DNA of 64,000 bases from an uncultured virus (IMG/VR IMGVR_UViG_2880350357_000003). Taxonomy: Duplodnaviria > Heunggongvirae > Uroviricota > Caudoviricetes. A program made the translations under genes and the position numbers. This document shows positions 37,727 to 46,862 of this stretch, in pieces. The DNA is taken from the IMG/VR virus record IMGVR_UViG_2880350357_000003, positions 1-64,000 of that record; one strand, 5' to 3'. Numbering within the stretch: position 1 is the first letter of the stretch; every line of letters begins with the position of its first letter. Under the pieces are notes generated by a model, which was not told the DNA's origin, ran no database searches, and saw nothing but the letters and a program-made list of their open reading frames with translations.

Positions 37727-37752
37727 AAAAAACGCGCCCGAAGGCGCATTTT
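37727..37752 (-). terminator. Terminator (raiA-type) / probable att core of prophage 2
   Basis: gcgcc-TTCG-ggcgc + T6 on minus strand; AT-rich phage DNA and int end follow. Confidence 0.65.
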
Positions 37753-37834
37753 TATATATTTTTGGGGTGTGTAAATTGCATAAATTTCAGTTGGTTATGG
37801 TATTTAAGCCACTTTAAAACACCCCAAAAAAACC

Positions 37835-38827
37835 TTATTTGGTGGACATTATATGGACACTCCCTTTCATCGGGTTAAAGCGAATAGCATCGGTGAGATA
37901 ATCCGGTGCGAAATGGGCATACGTCATTGTTTGCTCAATGGTGGTATGTCCCAAGATCCGTTGCAGGGTGATGATATTGCCGCCGTTAATCATGAAATGA
38001 GTGGCGAACGTATGACGGAGTACGTGCAGTGCCTGTCCTTTTGGTAAGTCGGGTTTTACTCTTCGAAGGATGTCGCGCACACGCGTATAGTTCGTCTCGA
38101 ATAATCGGCCTGATTTGCAGGTCAGTATGTAGCTGGCCACTTCCTCGGAAATTGGGACTGTCCGAGCTGGTCCGGTCTTCGTTTTAACAAATGTCACTTT
38201 GTTGCTGATCACATGTTCTGCTTTCAGGTTCCTGGCTTCACCCCAGCGGGCACCGGTGTTCAGGCAGAGTACAACAATGCGCCTGTCATCCCCTGTGAGT
38301 TCATCCAGCAATGCCGTGACCTCATCTGAGGAAAGAAAGGACATCTCTGTATTCTCAAGCTTCAGTTTGCGCACGCTTTGGAAGGGGTTGTCCGTGTGAA
38401 ACTCGTCAACTTCTGCCAACAGAGTAAACATGCTGGACATGGCACAGAAATCACGGTTGACTGTTCCAGCAGATACCCCGCTTTGCAATCTGTCTGCCCG
38501 GTACCTCATCAGGCGGTTGCGTGTCAGCATATGCACCCTTGGGTAATCCAGTTCCCGGTCAATTTTCTCCAGCCGCTTACGGTATGAGTCGCCATAGTTG
38601 TGATTTTTCCCGTGATAGCTCCACCATAATGTGATCATGGTAGAAAGCAGCCTTTGGTCTGAAGGTTTATCCTGCCACTCTTTATTGTGGCAATTAGCAA
38701 GAACATATCGTTCAAAGGCTAGCGCATCTGCCTTCTTGTCAAATTTACGCCGGACTCTGCGTCCTGAGATTCCGCGCGGTCTGATATCCACTTCATAACG
38801 ACCACCATCAAGCTTTTTAATCGCCAT
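37835..38827 (-). CDS. int: Tyrosine integrase (P2 Int type)
   Basis: MAIKKLDGGRYEVDIRPRG, TGARWGE, HVLRHTFA, LGH, YAH; TGGACA arm-like repeats at 37842-37859. Confidence 0.96.
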   Translation of the reverse strand: MAIKKLDGGRYEVDIRPRGISGRRVRRKFDKKADALAFERYVLANCHNKEWQDKPSDQRLLSTMITLWWSYHGKNHNYGDSYRKRLEKIDRELDYPRVHMLTRNRLMRYRADRLQSGVSAGTVNRDFCAMSSMFTLLAEVDEFHTDNPFQSVRKLKLENTEMSFLSSDEVTALLDELTGDDRRIVVLCLNTGARWGEARNLKAEHVISNKVTFVKTKTGPARTVPISEEVASYILTCKSGRLFETNYTRVRDILRRVKPDLPKGQALHVLRHTFATHFMINGGNIITLQRILGHTTIEQTMTYAHFAPDYLTDAIRFNPMKGSVHIMSTK

Positions 38828-38926
38828 TGCGAAGCCCTCCGGTGTAGTTACTTATTGTAAAAATTGAATTTAAGTTGTTAGCGTATGAATGGCATGCATG
38901 CGCCCGTAAATATGCCAGGTGAATGT

Positions 38927-39229
38927 TTAACCAATTTTTTGGCCTGATTGCTGTGAGTTTGTTTCTTCTTGCCCATAGTGTGCGAGCGCCGGCGCTATTT
39001 GGCCGGATTCAGGGGCGATTTTATCTGCCATAAACCAAAGGGTGTACTTTTCAAACATGGGGTGTTTAAGAATAGCCATGACCACTTCTACGTTCGGAAT
39101 GGTCTTTCCAGTCTCGTATCGCCATAACGCATCTCTATTCAAACCAAGCATTTTAGCTGCTTCAGGAAGACTAGTAATACGCTCACTTTCGCGCATGATT
39201 TTTAATTTATCCGCAATACTCATACTCAT
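38927..39229 (-). CDS. XRE-family immunity repressor (P2 C-like)
   Basis: HTH, YETGKTIP, FEKYTLWFM..PESGQIAPAL. Confidence 0.88.
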   Translation of the reverse strand: MSMSIADKLKIMRESERITSLPEAAKMLGLNRDALWRYETGKTIPNVEVVMAILKHPMFEKYTLWFMADKIAPESGQIAPALAHYGQEETNSQQSGQKIG

Positions 39230-39265
39230 GTTGCAATTCTCATACATGTGAAGTAATCTTCATAC
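39213..39265. promoter_or_regulatory. Three 13-bp direct repeats at 20-bp period (putative operators)
   Basis: GCAATACTCATAC, GCAATTCTCATAC, GTAATCTTCATAC at 39213/39233/39253. Confidence 0.7.
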
Positions 39266-39324
39266 ATTGGTTGGATTTGTGGTGTGTTTGATTGTTAACA
39301 CACACCAATGATGGAGGATATCAC

Positions 39325-39651
39325 ATGACGAACGCGCAGTTGAAAATGCTGTGGAAAATTCCAGAACCCATTAATTTTGAAGAGTTTGCAAGGCGTACTG
39401 GTAAGACTGAAATCGCCGTACGCCGTATGATAGACCGCCGCCAGTTGCCGCTGGTAACTGAACGCGAAGTCTTGGGGGAATCGGGCAGTTCCCGGCGTTT
39501 CCTTATCCTGTGGAACGAGTGGTGCGAAATGGTGTATGAGGCGACAAGAGATTTACCTCCTGAGCGCTACGACTGGAAAATTAAGTGGCTGAAAAAATCA
39601 AAGAAATTAGGAAAAATATTTAAAAGAAGTGGCGAATCAGATTTGCACTAA
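39325..39651 (+). CDS. cox: Cox-like regulator/excisionase
   Basis: FEEFARRTGKTEIAVRRMIDRRQLP; divergent from repressor; GGAGG RBS. Confidence 0.85.
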   Translation: MTNAQLKMLWKIPEPINFEEFARRTGKTEIAVRRMIDRRQLPLVTEREVLGESGSSRRFLILWNEWCEMVYEATRDLPPERYDWKIKWLKKSKKLGKIFKRSGESDLH

Positions 39652-39681
39652 CAAGTCATTCACTTAATTTTGAGGATAATC

Positions 39682-40014
39682 ATGAAAATCAAATACGCCA
39701 CGCTTATTCGTAGCCTGTTAAGAACCTACCGTGAACAGGCAAGCGCTATAGAAAAAGAGTCATTTTCAATTCATAGCGATGGTATCCAGTTAATGGAGCT
39801 TAATTTAAAGCTGGCTAAGTGCCTCGAAGGGATGACGTTAATGGCCAGATTTAATAATGAGTTTGATGATTATTGTGAACTGCATGAAATTACCATGATG
39901 GCTTTTAACGGGACTATTCCCCCGGAAGATAATATTCCTGGGCTTATCTCACTTGCATCATGCTCTGTTAAAGAAAATAAAACTGCCGTGCAACTTACCG
40001 CCGTTCAACGTTAA
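39682..40014 (+). CDS. Hypothetical early protein
   Basis: ORF with GAGG RBS before MKIKY. Confidence 0.65.
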   Translation: MKIKYATLIRSLLRTYREQASAIEKESFSIHSDGIQLMELNLKLAKCLEGMTLMARFNNEFDDYCELHEITMMAFNGTIPPEDNIPGLISLASCSVKENKTAVQLTAVQR

Positions 40015-40023
40015 GGGAATGCT

Positions 40024-40584
40024 ATGAAACATTTAATGATTGATATTGAAGCAATGGATGATAAGCCTACCGCAGCAATTACGGCTATTGCTGCAATTTT
40101 CTTTAACCCTGAAACTGGTGAAGTTGGTGAGTCATTTTTTCGTCGAATCAGTCTGGAAGACTCGATGAGCAAAGGAGGAACGGTGAGCGCTGAAGTAATT
40201 CTGCATTGTTTACGCCAGCCAGTAGGTGTTCGACGTCTGATGTTCGATGATTTTTTATATGATATAGAGGATGCCATCTGCGACTTATACGATTTTGTTA
40301 ATTCAAACATGCCACCACTGGGAATCAGGGTTTGGTATGGCTGTCCCTCTTTACGTAGTGCTGTGTTACGTACTGCAATGCGAAAATTTGTTGGCGATAG
40401 TTTTGATTACGGCAATGAACAATCGGTAGTAACAGTAAATGAACTTGCAAAATCTCTCGGGCTGAATATGGAATCAATCATCCCAAACTCCGGAATAAAC
40501 AATGCATACGACCAGGTTGTTTATAATATTAAGCTTGTATCTTACGTCTGGATGTATCTCGTCAAAATAGCCAGTGTGAAATAA
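40024..40584 (+). CDS. DEDD exonuclease-fold protein, degenerate active site
   Basis: HLMIDIE, I.AIFFNPETGEVG typical of the family; ExoII/III residues altered. Confidence 0.75.
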   Translation: MKHLMIDIEAMDDKPTAAITAIAAIFFNPETGEVGESFFRRISLEDSMSKGGTVSAEVILHCLRQPVGVRRLMFDDFLYDIEDAICDLYDFVNSNMPPLGIRVWYGCPSLRSAVLRTAMRKFVGDSFDYGNEQSVVTVNELAKSLGLNMESIIPNSGINNAYDQVVYNIKLVSYVWMYLVKIASVK

Positions 40585-40586
40585 TT

Positions 40587-40805
40587 ATGCTGACAGTGAC
40601 CTCTCATGCGAGTGAAAGTGTCATTAACAAGGCATTTTCAGTACTGACAGAATATTACAACGGCAAAAAGGTTTATCAGGTTATTAAGCCGAATCATTAT
40701 TTTTCTGTTCATGTCTCCTATCGCTGGCGTCTGCTTAGTAAGGATAAGGGCAGGAACTGGGAATTAATGACGCACGAGCGATATAACAAACAGTATAAAA
40801 TATAA
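40587..40805 (+). CDS. Small basic protein, ParE/RelE-like pattern
   Basis: SVHVSYRWRLLSKD.GRNWELMTHERYN. Confidence 0.55.
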   Translation: MLTVTSHASESVINKAFSVLTEYYNGKKVYQVIKPNHYFSVHVSYRWRLLSKDKGRNWELMTHERYNKQYKI

Positions 40806-40843
40806 TTTTTGCCTTTCTTCCACTATTCATATCTGGATTATAT

Positions 40844-43501
40844 ATGAACGCTACGATACAACGGGACGTTGTGCGCCGCCTTGTCCGTGACTTTGAATTT
40901 AAAGAAAAAGATAAATATTTGCAGCAGGGCATATGCCCTGCCTGTCATAAACGTGAGTTATTTACCAGTATTGAGAAACCCTGGATTCTGAAATGTGGCC
41001 GCGAAAATAACTGCGGTCATCAGGTCGTTGTTAAAGAGCTGTATTCGGATATTTTTGAAGACTGGTCTAAGCGTTATCAGGACACGCCCGAAACCCCACA
41101 TGCGGCGGCAGAAGCCTATCTGCGTGAGGCCAGAGGGCTGAATACGGAACCACTGAAAGGCAGTTTTACCCAGGGCGCATTTGTGAAGGATGGTATGGGA
41201 TCTGCCACTGTCCGGTTTAAGTTGTCATGTGGTGCCATGTGGGAGCGTATCATTGACCAGCCGCAGCGCTTCGGAAAACAAAAAGCGAATATCAAAGGAA
41301 GCTATGTTGGTCACTGGTGGGTACCGCCTTTTATTAACCTGCTGGAAGTGAACGAAATCTGGATCACCGAGGGCATTTTCAATGCACTGAGTCTTTGTCA
41401 GGCTGGCTTACCTGCGGTGGCAACACTGAGCAGCAATAATTATCCGCTGGCCGCGCTGGATACACTGGCCAAAGAATTGGGTGAAAAACCACGCCCGCGC
41501 CTTGTATGGGCGTTTGATGGTGATAAGGCCGGTACAAAACACACACTGGCTTTTGCTGCGCGCAGTGATGTCGCCGGCTGGAAAACGCGCGCCGCGCAGC
41601 CGGTGAAATCATCGTCTTGCCTGGACTGGAATGATTTGCTGCTACGTGACCGTTTCAGTAAATCAGACATAAAAAATTACCGCTATTATGGCGATCTCCT
41701 GCTGGCGAAAAGCCCGACTGAAAAAGCCCTTCTTATGCATCAACATAATGAATGGCATTCGTTTTATTTTGAGTATGGCTCACGTATGTACTGGTTTGAG
41801 CTGGATCTTGACCGGTACACACGCGCACTGGATCGTATTACCAATACCGGAACCGAAGTCATACAGGAATGGGAGGCCAGAGAAAAAGCTGTTAAAGAGT
41901 CCGGATGTGTCACGGAAATTGCCAACTGCTGGCTGACTCCCCTGTATTTCCAGCGTTCTGAACCTACGGATGAGTCCTGGTATTATGTGAAGGTGAATAT
42001 GCCAGACAGACCGGCTGTGAAAGACACCTTCACAGCAAATCAGCTTACCAGCTCCGCCGAGTTTAAAAAGCGGTTGCTGCATATTGCCAAAGGGGCTGTG
42101 TATACCGGGAGTACCAAACAGCTGGATAAGTTTATTCAGATGCGTCTTCCCGAAATCAAAGAGGTTAAAACGCAGAATTTTATTGGTTACAACAAGGACT
42201 ATTCAGCGTGGTTGTTTAATCGTGTGGCCGTTTGCGATGGCCGGCTGTATGAAATGAATGACGAGGATTATTTCGAAATTAACCATGCAAGCGTAAAAAG
42301 CCTGAGTCTTACGCCTGTACTGGATCTGAATCCAAAGCTGAATGAATTTACCACAGGCTGGATTGACGATATCTGGACGGCGTTCGGTGAAAAAGGATAT
42401 GTGGCGCTGGCGTTCTGGCTGGGGTCACTCTTTGCTGAACAAATCCGCGAACGTGACAAGTCATTTCCGTTTCTGGAGATTGTCGGCGAACCCGGAACGG
42501 GTAAATCAACGCTTATTGAGTTCCTTTGGAAACTCGCTGGCCGTGAAGAATATGAAGGTTTTGATCCATCTAAATCGACGGCCGCAGCGCGCGGGCGTAA
42601 CTTTGCTCAGGTAAGTAACCTGCCGGTGGTGCTAATTGAAGGTGATCGCACCACGGACAACGCGAAACAGCGTGCTTTTGACTGGGATGAACTGAAATCA
42701 CTGTATAATGGTCGGGCATCCCGCGCAGTAGGCATCAAATCCAACAATAACGAGACATATGAACCGCCATTCAGGGGAAGTATTGTTATCGCACAGAACG
42801 CAGATACAGACGGCAGTAAGGCGTTTCTGGAGCGTATTATCCATATCTACACTGACAAACGTGGCCAGTCCATTCAGACGCGACATGCCGCAGAGCGGCT
42901 TGAACAAATCCCTGTCAGTCGGGTGTCCGGATTCACGTTACTGGCGGCCATGCGTGAAAAAGAAATTATGGATACGTTCAGCAGGAGTTACGAACGCGCC
43001 CGTAATGAACTGGAGTCAGATGCGGATATTCGCCATATTCGTATTGCAAAAAATCACGCGCAGCTGGCTGGTCTGCTGGATGCGCTCGCGATTGTTGTAC
43101 CGTTGCCGGTTGAGCGCATAGAAAAAACCCGTGCGGCTATCACTGCACTGGCCGTGGAACGCTGCCAGGCACTTAAAAAGGATCATCCTATGGTTCAGGA
43201 GTTCTGGGAGTTGTTTGATTACCTGGATGAACTGGCACCTTATGGCATCAATCATTCGTCTGATGAGAATGAAATAGCGGTTAATTTTAACCACATGGAG
43301 GAAGTCGCCGCTGCACACCGGCAGCGCATACCTTTTACCTTAACGGAAATCAAAAAGCTGCTTAAAAACGGTAATGAACGCCGTTTCATCAGGCAGGGAA
43401 CCACACGCAGCGCAGTAAGTGAGCGTCATAATCGCGGTAAAGGGGATATGTCCAGAATGCCTGAGACCTTCCGGTGCTGGATATTTGGTCGAGAGAAATA
43501 A
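40844..43501 (+). CDS. Zn-finger/toprim primase-helicase replication protein
   Basis: CPAC..CGRENNC, ITEG..A, FDGD.AG, DWND, GEPGTGKS. Confidence 0.9.
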   Translation: MNATIQRDVVRRLVRDFEFKEKDKYLQQGICPACHKRELFTSIEKPWILKCGRENNCGHQVVVKELYSDIFEDWSKRYQDTPETPHAAAEAYLREARGLNTEPLKGSFTQGAFVKDGMGSATVRFKLSCGAMWERIIDQPQRFGKQKANIKGSYVGHWWVPPFINLLEVNEIWITEGIFNALSLCQAGLPAVATLSSNNYPLAALDTLAKELGEKPRPRLVWAFDGDKAGTKHTLAFAARSDVAGWKTRAAQPVKSSSCLDWNDLLLRDRFSKSDIKNYRYYGDLLLAKSPTEKALLMHQHNEWHSFYFEYGSRMYWFELDLDRYTRALDRITNTGTEVIQEWEAREKAVKESGCVTEIANCWLTPLYFQRSEPTDESWYYVKVNMPDRPAVKDTFTANQLTSSAEFKKRLLHIAKGAVYTGSTKQLDKFIQMRLPEIKEVKTQNFIGYNKDYSAWLFNRVAVCDGRLYEMNDEDYFEINHASVKSLSLTPVLDLNPKLNEFTTGWIDDIWTAFGEKGYVALAFWLGSLFAEQIRERDKSFPFLEIVGEPGTGKSTLIEFLWKLAGREEYEGFDPSKSTAAARGRNFAQVSNLPVVLIEGDRTTDNAKQRAFDWDELKSLYNGRASRAVGIKSNNNETYEPPFRGSIVIAQNADTDGSKAFLERIIHIYTDKRGQSIQTRHAAERLEQIPVSRVSGFTLLAAMREKEIMDTFSRSYERARNELESDADIRHIRIAKNHAQLAGLLDALAIVVPLPVERIEKTRAAITALAVERCQALKKDHPMVQEFWELFDYLDELAPYGINHSSDENEIAVNFNHMEEVAAAHRQRIPFTLTEIKKLLKNGNERRFIRQGTTRSAVSERHNRGKGDMSRMPETFRCWIFGREK

Positions 43502-43524
43502 AAAAGGCACCGTGTGCGGTGCCA
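43501..43524. terminator. Hairpin between convergent primase and ogr
   Basis: aaaaa-ggcaccg-tgtg-cggtgcc. Confidence 0.7.
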
Positions 43525-43528
43525 TGTG

Positions 43529-43798
43529 TTATGCGGCCAGACTGGCTTTTAATAAATCCAGCGTCATTTGCTTCTGTTCTGGTGAGAATGAATTAATGAT
43601 GGTCTGTAACATCATATCGCCTGTCTTCGCACTGGGGCTGAGTGTGTGGGAGAATGTCAGATTGAGTACAAATGTATGTCCGCACTCCACATCCGTACAG
43701 GCGCAGTAAATATCTGAAATATGGGGGTGTTTGGGATTGGTTTTTCTGATAACCGCTTTTGCCCCGCACTCCGGACATTTTACTTTCAGTACCCGCAT
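43529..43798 (-). CDS. ogr: Ogr/Delta-like zinc-finger late activator
   Basis: CPECG.KA.IR..YCAC.DVECGHTF..LSPS. Confidence 0.9.
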   Translation of the reverse strand: MRVLKVKCPECGAKAVIRKTNPKHPHISDIYCACTDVECGHTFVLNLTFSHTLSPSAKTGDMMLQTIINSFSPEQKQMTLDLLKASLAA

Positions 43799-43851
43799 AT
43801 CCCTCGCTCCGTTAATCTGAAAACGCTGATATTTTAGCCTTTTTCTGGACA

Positions 43852-44871
43852 TTAATCACCTTCCAGCTCACTGTCTTTCAGGAAATTAAGATACAGGTGG
43901 GGCGGTACATCACTTTCCTGCGCCACTGCGGCGCTGAACATACGCTGAATGGGTAAAATCTCCGCTTTACGGTATGTTTTAGCCGCTTTCTCAATATCGC
44001 CCATTATAGCTCCGTTGGTGGGGATAATCCCTGCCAGACCTGCCGGAAAACGATGCGCGGTCAGCACGTCCTGGGCGCTGATGCTTTTGATGTTCTGAAA
44101 CTCATCTTTGGCGCTGATATCGCCAATCGGGATAAATTTAATGCCATCCGGATCGCCTTTGGGGATGTTCACAAACATGGTGCTGAAGTTCCCGATCCCC
44201 TTCGACTGCTCCAGCTTCTGAATGATTTCTTCTTCCACTTCGTCGGTCATATTCGGGTCGTTGCAATAAATCATGCCGCCCGTGTGACCACCGTTATGGT
44301 AGTAACGCCGGCGAAAAATCGTGGCTTCACCGTTGAGCATGGCGGAGTGGATGCCGCTGATGTAATCCGGAAGACCATAAATGGCCTGTTGCGGGTCGTA
44401 CTGCCTGAGAAAAATAATATCTTCAGGCGGATAAATTACCGGTTCACCCTGCTGTAGTACAACAAATTCCCCGGTCTTACGCTGGCGGGTATAGAGTGCC
44501 GGCAGCGGGTAAAGTGCGATTACATCCCCCCAGCCGTTACGTACCTTGAGAATGGCCACATCACCGAACGTCAGCCAGTCAAACACGGCCGCGCCCAGTT
44601 GCTCATGCGTCAGGCCACCGCCATCATAATTTGCTGTCACCATATTGCGGCGGGCATACAGCACGCCACCGTGCTGCGCGTTCAGGTTTACCAGTTGCGC
44701 CAGCGCCAGCCGGTCAATCGGGAGCGTCCAGTGTTCCGCCTCATTGTCATACCAGACGTCTGTATAGTTCGTGCCGGTTGTCAGAATGGGTTCTGGCTTA
44801 CCCAGCGTGATAAGGCTCATATGGCGCTGTCTGGTAACGGTGCGGCGTTCCCTGTATTTCCGTTTTTTCAT
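43852..44871 (-). CDS. Portal protein
   Basis: YDPQQAIYGLPDY, FRRRYYHNGGH, AHRFPAGLAG. Confidence 0.95.
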   Translation of the reverse strand: MKKRKYRERRTVTRQRHMSLITLGKPEPILTTGTNYTDVWYDNEAEHWTLPIDRLALAQLVNLNAQHGGVLYARRNMVTANYDGGGLTHEQLGAAVFDWLTFGDVAILKVRNGWGDVIALYPLPALYTRQRKTGEFVVLQQGEPVIYPPEDIIFLRQYDPQQAIYGLPDYISGIHSAMLNGEATIFRRRYYHNGGHTGGMIYCNDPNMTDEVEEEIIQKLEQSKGIGNFSTMFVNIPKGDPDGIKFIPIGDISAKDEFQNIKSISAQDVLTAHRFPAGLAGIIPTNGAIMGDIEKAAKTYRKAEILPIQRMFSAAVAQESDVPPHLYLNFLKDSELEGD

Positions 44872-46652
44872 GCTGCTTTCCCTAAGTTGCCCCAGCGTGA
44901 TTTTCGCTGGTTTTCAAAGTTTAATGGTTCGTTGTCAATGGCATGGGCGATAGCCCAGAAGCTGTCAGCGTGGCCGGTTTCAGTTGTACGGTCGGCAACA
45001 AACGTCATGGCGTTACCGCTGGCCGTGGATGTTCTGCGGATGGTCATAAAGCTGGCGGCGATTTCCGTCTTCTCCTTATCCCATTCCACGCGGTTGTCTT
45101 CGATAACGTCAATCATCTTCATCACCAGGCGGTTTTTCGTTTCCACGCCGTAGCGGATAGCCACCGCCTGACGCATGGCAAAATGCTGCACATCCTCAAA
45201 GACACCACTCCCCAGACCGGTAATATCAATGCCGATGTAGGTCATGTTGTACTGACCAGACAGCTTCTTAATTTGTGCCGCCTGCCATTTCCAGTTCATT
45301 CCCTGCCAGTGGAATACGCGCAGCACGCGAAATTTTTCGCCAGCCACGATCGGCGGCGCGATAATCACGAAGGTGGATGTGTCCCCGCTGCGTGCAGGGT
45401 CATAGCCTGCCCACACTTCACGATTGCCGAATGGTCGTGGCAGGTTTTCGTCATGATCCTCCCAGATATCCGGATCAACACAGCAACGTTCGACGTGGGA
45501 GAACGAAAATACGCTGTCCTTGCTGTCCACGAACACGCACATGTACAGCATGTTGAAGGTGTCGCGGTTGTAGCGGTTGCGCAGCTTATCGATGCTGGCC
45601 AGGTTAAACCCGCCTGCGATCGCGTCTTCCAGCGTGATGATGTAGCGCCACTGGCCATCAGGACATAACCGCCCGCCGTCACGCAGCTCCTTCTCTGTTG
45701 GGAACGCCACGCGTGCGCGTTTTTTGTCGCCGCGCTTCCACTCTTCGCCTGTCCAGAACGGGTACGCCTGGTGTGTTTTGCTGCTGGGTGTGGAAAAGTA
45801 AGTGGTGCGCCATTTGTCGTGTGTGGCCATTGCGCTGGCCACTTCGTTTAATTTTGCAAAGTTGGGTACCCAGAAATATTCATCACAGTACAGATGGCCA
45901 CTGTATGACTGGGCGGTGTTCTTGTTGGTTGACAGGAAGCGCAGCTCCGCGCCGTTGGACAAACGGATGGTGTTGCCGGTCAGCTCCACGCCGAAATACT
46001 GCTCCGCAATGTTGACGATATAGCTGCGGAATACTTCAGCCTGGGCTTTTGAGGCGGACAGGAAGATTTGTGGATCACCTGTCATAACCGCATTCTCAAA
46101 CGCTTCTATTGAGAAATACCAGGTTGCGCCAATCTGGCGGCTTTTCAGGATGTTCCTGATTTGCTGATGAAGATTGTCGCGAAGGTGTTTCTGGTAGCCG
46201 AAAAGGTGCTCCAGCGCGAAACGGTCAAAATCCTCCTGGGTTAGATGGCTGATATCGTTCTTTTTGTATTTGCCGCGTTTCCGGGGCTTTTCGTCGCCAC
46301 AGGACTGGCGGGACGCCGGCGCATCACTTTCACTGTGTTTAATTTCTGCCAGCTTTTCCTGATGCTTATTATGCTGTGCACGGAGTTTCACCAGGTGAGA
46401 CACGAGGCTGTCCAGCTCCCGCAGCTCCAGTTCCGATTTCCCTTCACGTAATGTCAGTGACTGAATACGGCGGTTTAATGCGTCTTCTGTTGATTCATGA
46501 CTGAGTAATTCCGCCCAGCAATATTTCTCCGCCCAGTAATAGACGATACGTCTGTTAGGCAGATTAAGTTCACCGGCAATTTCCTGCGGAGTATATCGTT
46601 TTAAATAGAGTGCCCGTGCAACGCCTTTTAATTCTTCACTGTATTTCGCCAT
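44868..46652 (-). CDS. Terminase large subunit
   Basis: LKSRQIGAT, LYCDE, GYDPAR, HADSFWA. Confidence 0.96.
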   Translation of the reverse strand: MAKYSEELKGVARALYLKRYTPQEIAGELNLPNRRIVYYWAEKYCWAELLSHESTEDALNRRIQSLTLREGKSELELRELDSLVSHLVKLRAQHNKHQEKLAEIKHSESDAPASRQSCGDEKPRKRGKYKKNDISHLTQEDFDRFALEHLFGYQKHLRDNLHQQIRNILKSRQIGATWYFSIEAFENAVMTGDPQIFLSASKAQAEVFRSYIVNIAEQYFGVELTGNTIRLSNGAELRFLSTNKNTAQSYSGHLYCDEYFWVPNFAKLNEVASAMATHDKWRTTYFSTPSSKTHQAYPFWTGEEWKRGDKKRARVAFPTEKELRDGGRLCPDGQWRYIITLEDAIAGGFNLASIDKLRNRYNRDTFNMLYMCVFVDSKDSVFSFSHVERCCVDPDIWEDHDENLPRPFGNREVWAGYDPARSGDTSTFVIIAPPIVAGEKFRVLRVFHWQGMNWKWQAAQIKKLSGQYNMTYIGIDITGLGSGVFEDVQHFAMRQAVAIRYGVETKNRLVMKMIDVIEDNRVEWDKEKTEIAASFMTIRRTSTASGNAMTFVADRTTETGHADSFWAIAHAIDNEPLNFENQRKSRWGNLGKAA

Positions 46653-46862
46653 TGGCTTCCTTGCCTTTATGTCAGTACTGTCTTTTCGGTTAAATCCGGA
46701 AGCAGTGGTATGTATGAATTATTCAGCAATTTGGTTTTCTTTTTTGAAAATAATTTCGTGGATATACGGATAAGCGACATAACCGAATTTCTCCGAAAAA
46801 ATTGGAATGCGTAAGTGCCTTTTATTGTTAATACTGAAATTCGCAGAATGAACGGAGGCAAT

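Noticed and set aside
40844..43501. P4-like satellite suggested by the primase and Ogr/Delta
   Set aside because: The element encodes its own full head, tail and lysis modules and I see no sid or psu; it is a complete prophage.
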